A DNA stretch of 64,000 nt, taken from IMG/VR virus record IMGVR_UViG_3300009610_000004, one strand, 5' to 3'. This DNA is from an uncultured virus (IMG/VR IMGVR_UViG_3300009610_000004). Taxonomy: Duplodnaviria > Heunggongvirae > Uroviricota > Caudoviricetes. The position numbers and the translations under genes were made by a program. The notes beneath the pieces are model-generated. The model was not told the DNA's origin, did not search any database, and saw only the letters and a list, made by a program, of their open reading frames with translations. Positions 28,766-39,459 of this stretch are shown piece after piece (positions within the stretch are counted from its first letter, which is position 1; every line of letters begins with the position of its first letter).

Positions 28766-30340
28766 TTATCTCTGAAGGACTTTTCGGGAGGCGTTGCCCA
28801 AGCCAGCGGCTCCCTGTGCGGCTCTCGCCCCTGTCGTGGCAGCACTCGCCGCTTTCGTGCCTGCGCTCGCCGCGCCACCGAGCAGCCCGGCCCCGGCTGC
28901 GGCACCTAAGCCGCCCACAACCATGCCGCCGACCTTCTCCCAGCCCCGTACCCGCTCGTCGCGCCGCAACTGATTCTGCGTGGCTTGATCCTGGGCCCCG
29001 GTCTTGAACTCGTAGGCCCGCTGCTCACGGTCGTAGCCGCCCTCTTCCTCGTCCCGCGCCGCCGCCTCCTGGCGCTCCTTCCATCCAAGCGCCGTTTCCT
29101 GCTGGCCGAGCCGTTTATTGGCGACCGTCTCCGCGCCCTGCCGTTTGGCCTGCTGCACGTCCATCCCCTGCCCGAAGCGGGTCGCTTGGTTGGCGAAGTT
29201 GGTCTTTTGGCGATTCTCGGCGAGCCCCGCCGCACGAGCCTGCTCGTCGCGCTCGATGCCGGTGGCAATGTCGGTGCCCATCGAGGTGTTGTATTGCCGT
29301 GACTGCTGTTCCCGCCCGGCGGAACCTTCTTCGGCGCCGACCCGCGTGCGGCCCAGATCCCCAGCCGCCCCCAGTTTTGTGGTGGCCGCCTGCAGTTTCC
29401 GACCGGACAGATCGCGTGCCGCGCCGAGGCGCTGGTCCTCCAGACCGGAACGTGAACCGTATTCGAACTCACCGGCCTGGAGCGCCGCACGGCCCATCCG
29501 ATCCGCAGCCGACTCTTCGCCGCGCATCCGGTAGTCCTCGGCTTGGCCGGCACGCCGCGCCAGTGCGTCCCCGGCAGCGATGCGCGCCAGCGTCATCGCA
29601 TTGCCCTTGGCCACCGCCGACTGGTTCTCGTTCCGCCCGCGCACCGCTGCCAGACCCATCGGGTTCATGCCCGCAGCCCGGCCCCGGCGCATCGCGTCAT
29701 CGGTGGCTTGACTGTATCCCAGCCCCGCCGTGATCCCGGCCCCGGTGATCATCCGCTGTTGCTCTTCCGGATCCATGCGGATGTCTTCGAGAGCTTGCTG
29801 GTCGGCCCGCAGCAATGCCGGGTCCACGGACTTGCGAATGTCGCCGCCGGTCTGCATGATCGTGGCATCCTGCATCTCTTTGTACCGGGGATCGATCGAA
29901 AGCCCGTTCTCGTCGATTGACTGGGTCAATTCGTTGCCGTACCGATCTATGTCGTTGCCGTACTGATCGACCGCGCCGCGCACCCGCCCGCTCGACTCAT
30001 ACGTGCGCGCCATGTCCGACTCGGGATCGTAGTAGGCGGCCCGGGCCCACGGGTTCCCGCGAATATCCTGTTGCTCCTGGCCGGTGAACTGATTGCTCTG
30101 GAATTCTTCCGGTGTAGTTTGAAGGCCGCCGTATTCGCCGCGAATGTCGCCAGCCTCTTGTGGGTTGTAGCCGCCGCGGCCTCCGATCATCGGATCATAG
30201 GCTTCCTGCATCTGCTCCATCATCGGAACGCGGCGCTGGCGGGCTACATTGGCGCGCTGGCGGTTCTCAGCTTGGGTTTGGTCACCACCAGCGGTGACGT
30301 TCTTTCGATCTTGCGCGATCTGATCGTCGAGTTTTCCCAT
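28766..30340 (-). CDS. putative DNA-transfer/ejection protein
   Basis: Ala/Gln/Gly helical protein with C-terminal hydrophobic GGMVVGGLGAAAGAGLLGG. Confidence 0.6.
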   Translation of the reverse strand: MGKLDDQIAQDRKNVTAGGDQTQAENRQRANVARQRRVPMMEQMQEAYDPMIGGRGGYNPQEAGDIRGEYGGLQTTPEEFQSNQFTGQEQQDIRGNPWARAAYYDPESDMARTYESSGRVRGAVDQYGNDIDRYGNELTQSIDENGLSIDPRYKEMQDATIMQTGGDIRKSVDPALLRADQQALEDIRMDPEEQQRMITGAGITAGLGYSQATDDAMRRGRAAGMNPMGLAAVRGRNENQSAVAKGNAMTLARIAAGDALARRAGQAEDYRMRGEESAADRMGRAALQAGEFEYGSRSGLEDQRLGAARDLSGRKLQAATTKLGAAGDLGRTRVGAEEGSAGREQQSRQYNTSMGTDIATGIERDEQARAAGLAENRQKTNFANQATRFGQGMDVQQAKRQGAETVANKRLGQQETALGWKERQEAAARDEEEGGYDREQRAYEFKTGAQDQATQNQLRRDERVRGWEKVGGMVVGGLGAAAGAGLLGGAASAGTKAASAATTGARAAQGAAGLGNASRKVLQR

Positions 30341-30382
30341 GATGGCTCTTGAGAACCAATCATACACGCCGCGAAATGTTTT

Positions 30383-30571
30383 TTATCGGAGCCGGGGAAC
30401 TGTGCCGCCGGGGAGCAGCCCAAAAACCGAGAGCAGCCAAATGCACAGGAAGAGGATGACCACGATATTGAGGATTGTCTTAATCGGCGCTGCCATCGGC
30501 ACATACGTGTTGACGAGGTAGAGGATGACCCCGATCACGACGATCAGGACCAGCAACTGAATGATTGGCAT
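30383..30571 (-). CDS. small two-TM membrane protein (Thivi_2564-like; possible holin)
   Basis: LLVLIVVIGVILYLVNTYVPMAAPIKTILNIVVILFLCIWLL; AAGGAG SD. Confidence 0.75.
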   Translation of the reverse strand: MPIIQLLVLIVVIGVILYLVNTYVPMAAPIKTILNIVVILFLCIWLLSVFGLLPGGTVPRLR

Positions 30572-30685
30572 ACGGACTCCTTTTTTTAACAGAGCGGCCG
30601 CATCGGGTCGGCCGCCCTGCCTCGCTGGCCTATGCGTTACGGAGTTTGGGAAAATAGCCAGCGAGTTGCACCAAGTCTACTCCTC

Positions 30686-31180
30686 TTAAACGGAGAAGCC
30701 CGCCAGGCGAAGCTCGGCGGTGCGCTGTTCGTAGGCTGCGGCGGCCCCATCTTTATCGAGATCGAAGGCAAACCAGCCGGCCGAGAGGACTTCCCAGAGG
30801 TCGGCCCCGTTGTTGACGACGAGCCAGTACTGCGGCGCGGTGGTAAAGCCGCCGGTCGGCACGGGGGCGATGATGTCGAAGACGAGGGAGGGCCACCAGA
30901 CGATCGCCTGGGAGAGCACGCTATCCGCTGTTTCCGGAGTTGGGTAATCCACCGGGCAGAGCGGATAGACCGGCTGTTCGAAGCCATAGCCTAGCTGAAC
31001 ACTCCACGGGCGCTCGTAGGTGGAAGGTCCGACTTCCTCGCGATTGTGCGTGTAGGAGATGCGCTTGGTGACCGGGCTGTAGAGGTAGCCCTTCATCGCG
31101 CGCACGTAGATCTTATTCGGATCGATGGTCGCGGGGGCGGCGGCCGGGGCCGGCCGGGCGGCTTGTTTCTGGACTTTCAT
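30686..31180 (-). CDS. hypothetical protein
   Basis: 164-aa ORF with AAGGA SD. Confidence 0.65.
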   Translation of the reverse strand: MKVQKQAARPAPAAAPATIDPNKIYVRAMKGYLYSPVTKRISYTHNREEVGPSTYERPWSVQLGYGFEQPVYPLCPVDYPTPETADSVLSQAIVWWPSLVFDIIAPVPTGGFTTAPQYWLVVNNGADLWEVLSAGWFAFDLDKDGAAAAYEQRTAELRLAGFSV

Positions 31181-31204
31181 GTGGTTCCTTTCAGGTGAGT
31201 GGTA

Positions 31205-31465
31205 TCAGAATGAATACGCGCGGGCCCTGCCCGGCGTCAAAGGCGCGGTGACGGCGCAGCGGTCGATCGGCATGACGTCGTTGCCGATTTCGAAGATGCC
31301 GCACATGCTGTTGATCATAATGAACCCGTGATCCCCCTCGGTGTCGGTGATGTCGAAGAAGGGGTCGCCGAAAAGCGGGATTTCAAAGTCAGGTTCGGAG
31401 AGTAAGAACTCGACGGTCTCCTCGGGAACGAACCAGGAAGCGCTGCCAATGTCTACGACTGCCAT
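31205..31465 (-). CDS. hypothetical structural-region protein
   Basis: MAVVDIGSASWF start with GAGGG SD just after upstream stop. Confidence 0.6.
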   Translation of the reverse strand: MAVVDIGSASWFVPEETVEFLLSEPDFEIPLFGDPFFDITDTEGDHGFIMINSMCGIFEIGNDVMPIDRCAVTAPLTPGRARAYSF

Positions 31466-31472
31466 AAGTCCC

Positions 31473-32909
31473 TCACGAGGTCGGCGTGACGGCGCGGAAC
31501 AGGCTCCCGGCGTCGTTGTTGTCGGTGATGTTAACCCAGTTGTAGCCGCTCTTGACGAAGACCTCGTCCATGTCAATGTCGTCCATGCCGACAATAGCGG
31601 CGGGGAGGTTGGCGATGATGCCCATGCCATCCGCATCGGTAGGCCAGCGCCAGCCAACGAGCGCGGTGATCGCCGCGCCCATGACGCCAATTGCCTTCAC
31701 CTTTGGGTAGACATTAGTGACGGCGGCCTTGAGCACGAACAGTGTGATGTTGCCGTTGCTGTTAAATGGCGCGGCCACATAGAGCGAAGAATCGAGGCAC
31801 AACACCTGGGCGCTGCCCTGCAACGTGCCTGGGAATGAACCAATATTGTTGCGGAATGACCACCCCAATGTGGCGTCGGTAGTGCTGGAGCAGCCGATCA
31901 TAAAGAAGCACCGCGAGTGGCGTTTGTAAGTGGCGGCCAGACCAGTGGAGGCGTCATATCCGGAGACGTAAGTGGAAATATCGAGATCGAGGGTGAGGGT
32001 GTCAATGACGGTGATCTGCCAGTTGCCGTTGAGCGCGCTCGAATACACCCCGCCGATGGTGGCTTGGTCGATGTAGATGTTCTGGCCGGTCGTCATGCCG
32101 TGCGGGACGACAAAGGTGATGCGAAACTTACCCACCCCGTTGTTGTTGGCGGAAGTGATGATGAGCGGCTCCTGCCCCTCGAAGAGATTCGGCACGCAGA
32201 CGTGGACTTTGGAAGCGACGGCAATAGACGAGCCGAGCAGCCACGTCATTAATTCCTGTCCGTTAGTGGAAACCTTGAGGGTACGGAGAGCCGCACAGGT
32301 GAGATAGAAAGGGCCGTTCCAGATACTCGCATCGGCAGGCGCTACGTAGATTGCCATGTGGGTGCCGGTGGACCGGATCTCCACGCACGCCTGGAGAGGC
32401 TGGCTTGAACTGGCCACGCTACGAAGGCGGTGCCCGCCCTCACGCCACGGACCCCAGACCGTGAGGTTGCTCCAGAAATCCGCCGTGGCGATGACAATGT
32501 CCATATGCACACCCGAGATCCTATTCACCAGCGTCAGCATGCTGGAGTAATTCGGGTCAGTGGAATCGATGGCCCCGGGCACTCCACCTATCAGTGGATC
32601 ATTGGCGTTGAGCATAGCGGCGGTGGCAGTGATCTGATCGGCTATGGTGGCCCCGATCAGGATGTCGTGCGGAAGCGTGGGCGTATTGCGGAAGGTATAG
32701 ACGTTGGAAGTCGCGCCCTTGGAGACAGTAAGAGTAGCTCCATCGGTAAGCCCGCCCTGCCAACGCAGATTCATCTTCTCGTACAGATCCTCGAACACCG
32801 TCCAGCCGGCATCGTCCAGCGCATTCCTGATATCGGTCATGGCGGGGAGGATCGAAGAGAAGTCGGCATCCCGGTAGATCATCGTACCGGTCGGAATGCG
32901 GAGGCCCAT
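31473..32909 (-). CDS. virion structural protein with FCCH-like beta domain
   Basis: ITFVVPHGMTTGQNIYI...LNGNWQITVIDTLTLDL; tail-region context. Confidence 0.6.
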   Translation of the reverse strand: MGLRIPTGTMIYRDADFSSILPAMTDIRNALDDAGWTVFEDLYEKMNLRWQGGLTDGATLTVSKGATSNVYTFRNTPTLPHDILIGATIADQITATAAMLNANDPLIGGVPGAIDSTDPNYSSMLTLVNRISGVHMDIVIATADFWSNLTVWGPWREGGHRLRSVASSSQPLQACVEIRSTGTHMAIYVAPADASIWNGPFYLTCAALRTLKVSTNGQELMTWLLGSSIAVASKVHVCVPNLFEGQEPLIITSANNNGVGKFRITFVVPHGMTTGQNIYIDQATIGGVYSSALNGNWQITVIDTLTLDLDISTYVSGYDASTGLAATYKRHSRCFFMIGCSSTTDATLGWSFRNNIGSFPGTLQGSAQVLCLDSSLYVAAPFNSNGNITLFVLKAAVTNVYPKVKAIGVMGAAITALVGWRWPTDADGMGIIANLPAAIVGMDDIDMDEVFVKSGYNWVNITDNNDAGSLFRAVTPTS

Positions 32910-32927
32910 GCAAAAGTTCCTTTCAAG

Positions 32928-34937
32928 CTAAGGTACGGTGACGATCTGATACCGGACGCTCACCACCAGCCCGGCGCCGGGAGTCACCCCGCCGACCTGA
33001 TCGATCGACAACCGCAACCTATCTTCGCGCGCCAGGAAATAGGGAACGCTCGTAAAGTCGGTGAAAGGTCCGGACGATAAGTCGCCGGCCGGGATCGTGA
33101 GCGGCGAGTTTAGAATCGTATCAGTCCAGGTGACGCCGTAGTCCGGACTGACGTAAAGGTTGCACTCGATCGGCTGCCCCGAGGGCGCGTCGCTCACGTT
33201 GGCGAAGGCTTCGTACACCGAGGCGCGGAACCCGTCCGGCACGGTGATGACGACATAGAGGACGCCATCGTCGGCGTGCAGGCCGTCGGCCACCACTAAC
33301 TCTCCCGGGAACACGAAGGTTCTCACTTCGATCGCCAGGCCGGGCGGCCGCGGAGGCACTTGGTTCCTGACATTCACCAGTTCGTCGCGCAGCCGGTCGT
33401 TGTTGCGCTGTTGGATTTCGAATGCCTCGGCCACCGGACGCCACTGCTGCTGGGTCCGGACGCCGCCACCGCCCGTCCTTCCGCTGCCGGCCGAACTGGC
33501 CGCCGGGTCGCCCGAGACCGCGCGCCGCACCTCGACGGCGTAGGGAGTGAGCGGGATCAGGTGGAAGCCCTTGTCGACGCCCCGGCGGGCGTTCGTGGCC
33601 TGCATGGTGTCCGAGGGCGGCAACGGGTTGAAAATGGCAATGCCGGGACTGCGGGCGGTGAAGGTCAGGCTGGCCGCCGAGGCCGCAGCTATGGTTACGA
33701 CCAGGGCCGGCAAAGCCGTGAAGGTCATCGAGACCGCCGTGACGGTCACTACGACGCTACCGGTGACGGTGACTGTGATGGCGGGTGCCGTGAAGGTCAT
33801 CGAGGCGGCGGAGGCGCTGGCGGTGACGCCGGCCGATCCGCCTACCTCCGAGCCGACCGTGTAGAACGTCGAAGGGGAATTCTGGTTGTTGTAGTCGGCC
33901 AGGATCCAGCCGGCCGAGCGGGCGATGTTGCTGATCCGGAACTCGTCGACTTTGCCCTTAATGTATTTGGCGGAAATTCCATCCCAGGAATTTCCGATAG
34001 AGAGCGGCGTCTTCCCGGCAGTCGAGGAGCTCGAGTGTGTATGAGACTGAATCAAGGCGCCGTTGAGATAGATCGCATGGAAGTCGGTCGCATCGTCGAA
34101 CACCAGCGCAATATGGGTCCAGGCGCTCAAATACGCGGCGTAACTTGTCGTCGTCCTGCCTTGGGTATTAGTGGCGTTGCCGAAATCCCAGTAGAGGTTG
34201 GAGTCAGACCAGGGAGTGTGTGCCGAAGCCCGATCCGTAGTACTGGCCATATTGGCCCCGTAAAAGAACGCCGCAGATTCCTTCTGATCCCCCGAGGCGA
34301 CGAAATTCCACCATTGAGCCGTGATTGAGGCCGGCGAGGAGACCCCCGTAGTGACGGTGTTGTCATCGAATCCATCGAAGTTGATGGCGCCGTCGACCTT
34401 GCCGGCCGTGGCGCTAGGCCCCCCTGCACTGGAGAGCGTGAACGCATTGGCGGTAGAGTCGGTGAGGTTAAGCGTCGTACCGTTGCCGAAATGGTAGACG
34501 TTCAGGTAATTCGCGTCCCAGACGTTGACCTTGTCGCTTTGGTCGGTGGTGACCGCCGCGTTGCCGTAGGCCCAATAGATGACCGTGTCGACGCTGGCGC
34601 TGACCGAGGGAACCTTTACCCAGGCAACAAACTCACCGGTTGTGGCGACCCAGTACTCGCGTTCGAACTTGAGCGGCGTCGTCAGGGCCGAGTCGGAGAA
34701 GAACTGGATGTCGTAGCCGCTTGCGCTCGTGACCTTGCCGCCATTGGCCAGCGTGGCCAGATACGAATAGACTCCCGAGACGAGAAGCGGGTAGTTGGTG
34801 AGATCGCTCCCGCCGACCTTGGTGTGATCGATGGTGATCGTCCGGTAGTTATAAGCCGAAGAGGCGGCCGCCGACCCCACCGAACCCAGGTTGGCCACCC
34901 CGAGCTGGAGATACCCAAGCTGGGAAGAGTTGGCCAT
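32928..34937 (-). CDS. DUF2341 + LamG tail/receptor-binding protein
   Basis: YRTITIDHTKV...DIQFFSD...LKFERE...AWVKVPSVS (DUF2341) then WTHIALVFD...IYLNG...GKVDEFRISNIARS (LamG). Confidence 0.8.
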   Translation of the reverse strand: MANSSQLGYLQLGVANLGSVGSAAASSAYNYRTITIDHTKVGGSDLTNYPLLVSGVYSYLATLANGGKVTSASGYDIQFFSDSALTTPLKFEREYWVATTGEFVAWVKVPSVSASVDTVIYWAYGNAAVTTDQSDKVNVWDANYLNVYHFGNGTTLNLTDSTANAFTLSSAGGPSATAGKVDGAINFDGFDDNTVTTGVSSPASITAQWWNFVASGDQKESAAFFYGANMASTTDRASAHTPWSDSNLYWDFGNATNTQGRTTTSYAAYLSAWTHIALVFDDATDFHAIYLNGALIQSHTHSSSSTAGKTPLSIGNSWDGISAKYIKGKVDEFRISNIARSAGWILADYNNQNSPSTFYTVGSEVGGSAGVTASASAASMTFTAPAITVTVTGSVVVTVTAVSMTFTALPALVVTIAAASAASLTFTARSPGIAIFNPLPPSDTMQATNARRGVDKGFHLIPLTPYAVEVRRAVSGDPAASSAGSGRTGGGGVRTQQQWRPVAEAFEIQQRNNDRLRDELVNVRNQVPPRPPGLAIEVRTFVFPGELVVADGLHADDGVLYVVITVPDGFRASVYEAFANVSDAPSGQPIECNLYVSPDYGVTWTDTILNSPLTIPAGDLSSGPFTDFTSVPYFLAREDRLRLSIDQVGGVTPGAGLVVSVRYQIVTVP

Positions 34938-34942
34938 GTGGA

Positions 34943-35938
34943 TTACGTAAGTACCCAACTGAGGAGAGTCAGGGAAGCCAGGAGCGACGTGCTCTGCGTC
35001 TCGGCAAAATACCCGATCTGATCCGGGGTCAGGAAGCTGGCTCTGGTGTCCTGATAGACCTGACTGAAGTTTATGCCGTCTCTCGAGTAAGAGAACAACA
35101 GGTCCGTATTATTGTCCGTGATTTGCAACCACATGGGAGCCGTTGGGAGCGGCCCGTTGAGAGACGAGGGCGTACCGCTCCATGAGGTAGGATTGTTATT
35201 CTTAACGACCTGGGTAGTCTGAGAGGCCGCTGCTGAGGCACCGGGACCAAACAGGTACAGTTTGCCGGAACCGGAACCGCGCACTAATATGCCCACTTGC
35301 TGATTGCTGAGGTGATTCACGTTGGCGTTCACCAACGCGGTTAACGTCCAGGGGGCGGCGGGCGCGGTTCGATACCGTACCCGCGAATTACCGCCGCTCA
35401 CGGCGGGCGCGTTCAAATACAGATAGCCGCCGGCCTGGGTCTCGGTGGCCGTCCCCTGGTTGTCCCAGGTCCACCCCGCCGTAGGTGGCAGCGTGACGGG
35501 GCTGTTGTTGTAGAACCATTGCCAGGCCGATCCGTTCCACCGGGCCGAGTACAGCGAGTTGGTCGAAAAGGCCATCTTGCCGACTTCGTTCGCGCCGGGC
35601 GTGGCGGCCGCGATATTAGCGTAGGTGTCGTACATCGAGCCCAGGTCGGTTCGGACCTGATCGAAGGCCGCCACCGCCAGAACCCAGGTGACCGCCGAGG
35701 CCGAAGCATGGTTGGCGGCCGCTGTCCCATCCTGAGCGCCCACCACCGTCAGCGTGTCGGTCGAGCGCGCCGTGCATTTGAAGATCTCATCTTCGACGCG
35801 CACCCAGAAGTCACCCGTCGACGGAAAGCGCGAGCCGTGGCCCGCGGTCAGGGCTAGCGAAACGCCGCCGGAAGTGTAACTGGATCCGAGGGTGCCGGCC
35901 TGGAAGGACGAGTTGGCGGAATACTTCAGGGTTGCCAT
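34943..35938 (-). CDS. tail fibre-like protein
   Basis: GSRFPSTG...EIFKCTARSTDTLTVVGAQDGT N-terminal fibre motif plus beta-sandwich C-terminus. Confidence 0.7.
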   Translation of the reverse strand: MATLKYSANSSFQAGTLGSSYTSGGVSLALTAGHGSRFPSTGDFWVRVEDEIFKCTARSTDTLTVVGAQDGTAAANHASASAVTWVLAVAAFDQVRTDLGSMYDTYANIAAATPGANEVGKMAFSTNSLYSARWNGSAWQWFYNNSPVTLPPTAGWTWDNQGTATETQAGGYLYLNAPAVSGGNSRVRYRTAPAAPWTLTALVNANVNHLSNQQVGILVRGSGSGKLYLFGPGASAAASQTTQVVKNNNPTSWSGTPSSLNGPLPTAPMWLQITDNNTDLLFSYSRDGINFSQVYQDTRASFLTPDQIGYFAETQSTSLLASLTLLSWVLT

Positions 35939-35940
35939 GA

Positions 35941-36366
35941 TTAGTTCGCGTTCAGGATGCCCTCGACATCAAAGGCAATCGTGAAGTCTCCGGCCGTCGC
36001 GGTCTTGTCGGCCCCGAAATCAAGGTAGGCGATTAACTCATCCGCAGACGACGCCCCGCCCCGCGACTTATAGAGCACCGCCCCGCGCGCGGTGATGGTG
36101 GCTGCCGTCCAGGTCAGGTCCGTGGCATCGAACACGCCCTCGTTGTCGGTGTTGTCGACGGTGACGGCCTTACCCGCCAGCGCCGAGCCGCCGGCCGTGT
36201 AGCCGGTGCCGGTCACTTCATTGGTCACATCGGAGCGCCGGGTGTGCGCGTCCTGGTCGGCGGTGTAGGTGGAGGTGACAAGCATCGCCTTGATCGTGTC
36301 GGTCGCCAGATTGATCGACCCGTTCATGATGTCGCGCTTGAAGCTGTTGTAGATGACGTTCGCCAC
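35941..36366 (-). CDS. conserved virion structural protein
   Basis: DTIKAMLVTSTYT...NEVTGTGYTAGG...LIAYLDFG, a common phage tail-region family. Confidence 0.7.
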   Translation of the reverse strand: MANVIYNSFKRDIMNGSINLATDTIKAMLVTSTYTADQDAHTRRSDVTNEVTGTGYTAGGSALAGKAVTVDNTDNEGVFDATDLTWTAATITARGAVLYKSRGGASSADELIAYLDFGADKTATAGDFTIAFDVEGILNAN

Positions 36367-36381
36367 TGGATGTAAGCCTCG

Positions 36382-38301
36382 CTATCTGTTGGTCAGGCTC
36401 GGATTATAAAAGACCGTGAACGATTCGAGGTCCATTCTCTCACCGGCAGCAATCGTCTTGAACTCAACGGTGTGATCGGGACTGTCGACCCAGCAACCTT
36501 CCTGGTAGTGGTCGTCGGGGAGTTCCTCGAGCGGCCGGGCCTCCAGATCCTCGTACGCTTTCCGGCCTTTGTCGTACACCCGCACCCGCAGGATCCCGGT
36601 GCCCTTGGCCGTGGCCTCGATCGTCTGCACCCCCATGTCGACGGCATTGGCTTGCTGCCGCCGCTTGAAGACCTCGCCGCTTTCGTAGATGGACTCGAAG
36701 GCGATGCCGTTGTCGTTGCCGACCGTGTCCCGATCCTGGACGAGGATCTTCTCGGCGCTGTCGGGCCCCAGCCAGAGTTTCGATTGCTGGGTGACAAAGC
36801 CCCGGATCATGGCGAGCGAGGAGACGTTCCCCATGCCGATTGTGTGCAGCGAGAAGTCGACCTCGGAGGCACCGCGCCCCCGCGCGTACGACCAAGCCAA
36901 TAGATGGGTATTGTCTGACGCACCGTCTAGCGGAGCCGCGACATAGACAATCTGTTCGACCGTGTCGTCCACAATCCGCAGCGTATACAGGGCCACGCTC
37001 CAGTTGATCCGCTTCCACTCCGGATCGTTCATGTAGGAGACGGGGACCGGCTTATAGGCTCCCTCGAAGTCCCAGAGACCGGCCTCGTTGGCCACCCAGG
37101 CCAAATCGCCTGAGGTCGAGCCCTGTACACCGTGGATCGCCGCCGTCCCCAGAGCCTGGGAGACGCTGTAGGGGTTGGCCCAGGTCACCGGGTCGTCGTC
37201 GTTGTCGACCACCCCGTAGGTCCACTTGGGGCCCATCAGGTAGTTCACGCCGCGCAGTTGGATCCCGGTGATCATCTGGCGCTGGCCGGGAAGCTGGATG
37301 ATGTGATTCGAGGTGGTCATTGTCTCGAAGTCGAACTGGTCGGAGAAGTAGGTGAGGACGCCCGTGAACAGGGCCATCCGGCTGCCGAGCATGACCACGG
37401 TGTAAGCTCTGGGGGGCGTGTCCCCGCCTCCATTTGTCAGGTAGTTGAAGTGATCGGTCAGGATCGTCCCGGTCACCAGATCCTCGTCAGTGATCGAGAT
37501 GTCCATCTGGACCGTGTAAGGGGAGCCGCCGGGGACGGCCACTTCGGTATCGGGAACGATGTAATAGGCGTCCGGGGTCTCGACCGAGGTCATGACGGCA
37601 CTGACAAAAGCCGCATCACTCGGCCAAGTCGTATTGATCGTCAGCCGGATCATCCGGTCGGCGACGATAGTGAACGAGATGGGCGAGAAGATCGCGGCCA
37701 GATAGGGTGAGGGCTTGCCCTGGAACCCCGAGCGGCTGGTGACGATGTAGGCCAGCTTGTGCAGACCAGCCGTGCAAAGGCCGGCCCCGGCGTCGATCGC
37801 GGTGGGGATCGCCGACATCGGCCCCATAAAAGCTACATCGACCGGCGTGCCGGTGACGAGCGGATGGATCACCCGGAGCTCGGTGGCCGCGTTCATGTTG
37901 GTCGTGTAGAGCGCCGCATAGACCCGCGTGGCGGCGTCGACGACGGTCGCCCCGTAGGCCCCGGGAATCACCTCGGCGGTAGCCTCGTCGCCCACGATCA
38001 GGTCGCGGAGCCGCAGGGCCCCGTTCTCGAAGGTGACGATCCGGTTGATCTGCCCGCCCACCAGTTCGTCGTAGGAGATCCACTGGTAGAGGGCGGTCAT
38101 CTTGCCGGTGGCGTCGTCGCCGGCCGTGAACCCGTCGCGCCCGATCACCCGGCCCCCGTCGAAGCGCACGTTCTCGGCCCGCGCGGCGCGGTTGGTCAGA
38201 TAGGTGTTCTGAGCGCGCGAGCCATTGGGTTCGGTCCGGACCCGCGTCCACGCGCCCCGCAGATCCGCCACCGGGCGTTGCTTGAGTTCGGCGAGGCTCA
38301 T
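36382..38301 (-). CDS. tail tubular/stabilisation protein (P22 gp10 / T7 gp12-like)
   Basis: 639 aa, beta-rich, ARAENVRF motif, located after the adaptor. Confidence 0.6.
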   Translation of the reverse strand: MSLAELKQRPVADLRGAWTRVRTEPNGSRAQNTYLTNRAARAENVRFDGGRVIGRDGFTAGDDATGKMTALYQWISYDELVGGQINRIVTFENGALRLRDLIVGDEATAEVIPGAYGATVVDAATRVYAALYTTNMNAATELRVIHPLVTGTPVDVAFMGPMSAIPTAIDAGAGLCTAGLHKLAYIVTSRSGFQGKPSPYLAAIFSPISFTIVADRMIRLTINTTWPSDAAFVSAVMTSVETPDAYYIVPDTEVAVPGGSPYTVQMDISITDEDLVTGTILTDHFNYLTNGGGDTPPRAYTVVMLGSRMALFTGVLTYFSDQFDFETMTTSNHIIQLPGQRQMITGIQLRGVNYLMGPKWTYGVVDNDDDPVTWANPYSVSQALGTAAIHGVQGSTSGDLAWVANEAGLWDFEGAYKPVPVSYMNDPEWKRINWSVALYTLRIVDDTVEQIVYVAAPLDGASDNTHLLAWSYARGRGASEVDFSLHTIGMGNVSSLAMIRGFVTQQSKLWLGPDSAEKILVQDRDTVGNDNGIAFESIYESGEVFKRRQQANAVDMGVQTIEATAKGTGILRVRVYDKGRKAYEDLEARPLEELPDDHYQEGCWVDSPDHTVEFKTIAAGERMDLESFTVFYNPSLTNR

Positions 38302-38720
38302 TAAGCGTCAAAGAGGTAAGAGATGACGTAGTCGATCGAGGTGCCGCCCGCGGCGGTGCCGCCGGTCTTGACGACTTTCAGGTTGGTGCCACGCGCCAGG
38401 GGCAGCCAGAACGCCGCCGACTTAGTGTTGGTGCCGAGCGTCTCGGTGTGAACGACGGCATCGCCCATCTGGGCCGCCACAATCGTTACCAGATCAGTGG
38501 GCGTCGACTCGGTGGTCTGGAGCCGCATGTCGGTCAAGGTGGTGAAGGTTCCGTTCATCTTGAACCGGAAGCCGAGCAGTTGAACAATGCGAGACTCCAG
38601 GCCGGGCACAACAACGATCCCGGCGTTCAGGTCGGCCAGAAGCAGTTGCCCCTGCATCGATTGCGGCGTGCGGGCCTTCTTGAGGAAAGTGCCCTGAATA
38701 TTCTCGGTTTGAAAGCTCAT
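38301..38720 (-). CDS. hypothetical structural protein
   Basis: 139-aa beta-rich ORF with AAGGAG SD. Confidence 0.6.
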   Translation of the reverse strand: MSFQTENIQGTFLKKARTPQSMQGQLLLADLNAGIVVVPGLESRIVQLLGFRFKMNGTFTTLTDMRLQTTESTPTDLVTIVAAQMGDAVVHTETLGTNTKSAAFWLPLARGTNLKVVKTGGTAAGGTSIDYVISYLFDA

Positions 38721-38744
38721 GGTGATAGCTTCTCCTTGCGGAAT

Positions 38745-39443
38745 TTACGGACCAAAAGTGGGGAAGTGGCCGCGCTGGCGGCGGCGGTTCGAGCCGACCG
38801 CGTAGGCGGCGGGCTGGATGCGGCGCTCCTGCTGCATCCGCAAGCTGGGTTGAATCAGGGCTTGCATGTGATTGGGAAACACGTACACCTCGTCGCGGCA
38901 CCGCTTCGCGATGTCGTTCACGCCTTTGGTGGGGCCGATCAGCGAGACGGCTAGCTTGGAAACCACCGTCAGACAGTTGTCGATCCCGAGCGACCCGGTG
39001 TCCGGAGCGTCCCCCGAATGCAGGTACGTGATGCGGAGTTGCACGTCGGAGGTGGCCGCGTTGAACTGGAACGTCGACGAGCGCCAACTGTAGTAAATCA
39101 GCCGGCCGCTGGGAGTCCAGGGGATCGGCAGGATCTCGGTGTACTCCACGGGGAAGTACGACATATCCGGGGAACCATCCGGGCGCTCCTCCAGCCGGAT
39201 GAGCGAACCGAAATTGGCAATACCCGCGGCGGCCGGCAGGAGGGTCAGCGTACCAGCCGGGAGCGTGTAGAGGGTCTGGAGCTCAACCTGCGAGTCCTGG
39301 CACTTCACCATCTCTTCGATAAGCTCGCGCCACCCCATCCCCACCGCCAGGGCTAGCTCCGGCATGGTAAACCGGCGCTTGGGAATATCTCCGAGGAGAA
39401 AAGCGGCCTCGTTGATTGCCTGTTCTACGGTGGGGATGGCCAT
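38745..39443 (-). CDS. head-tail adaptor (tail tubular protein A-like)
   Basis: TVEQAINEAAFLLGD N-terminal helix; size and position. Confidence 0.6.
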   Translation of the reverse strand: MAIPTVEQAINEAAFLLGDIPKRRFTMPELALAVGMGWRELIEEMVKCQDSQVELQTLYTLPAGTLTLLPAAAGIANFGSLIRLEERPDGSPDMSYFPVEYTEILPIPWTPSGRLIYYSWRSSTFQFNAATSDVQLRITYLHSGDAPDTGSLGIDNCLTVVSKLAVSLIGPTKGVNDIAKRCRDEVYVFPNHMQALIQPSLRMQQERRIQPAAYAVGSNRRRQRGHFPTFGP

Positions 39444-39459
39444 GACGTTACCTGCCTCT

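Noticed and set aside
30575..30620. Hairpin next to a T/A run as a terminator
   Set aside because: On the coding strand the stem is followed mostly by As leading into the SD, not a U tract
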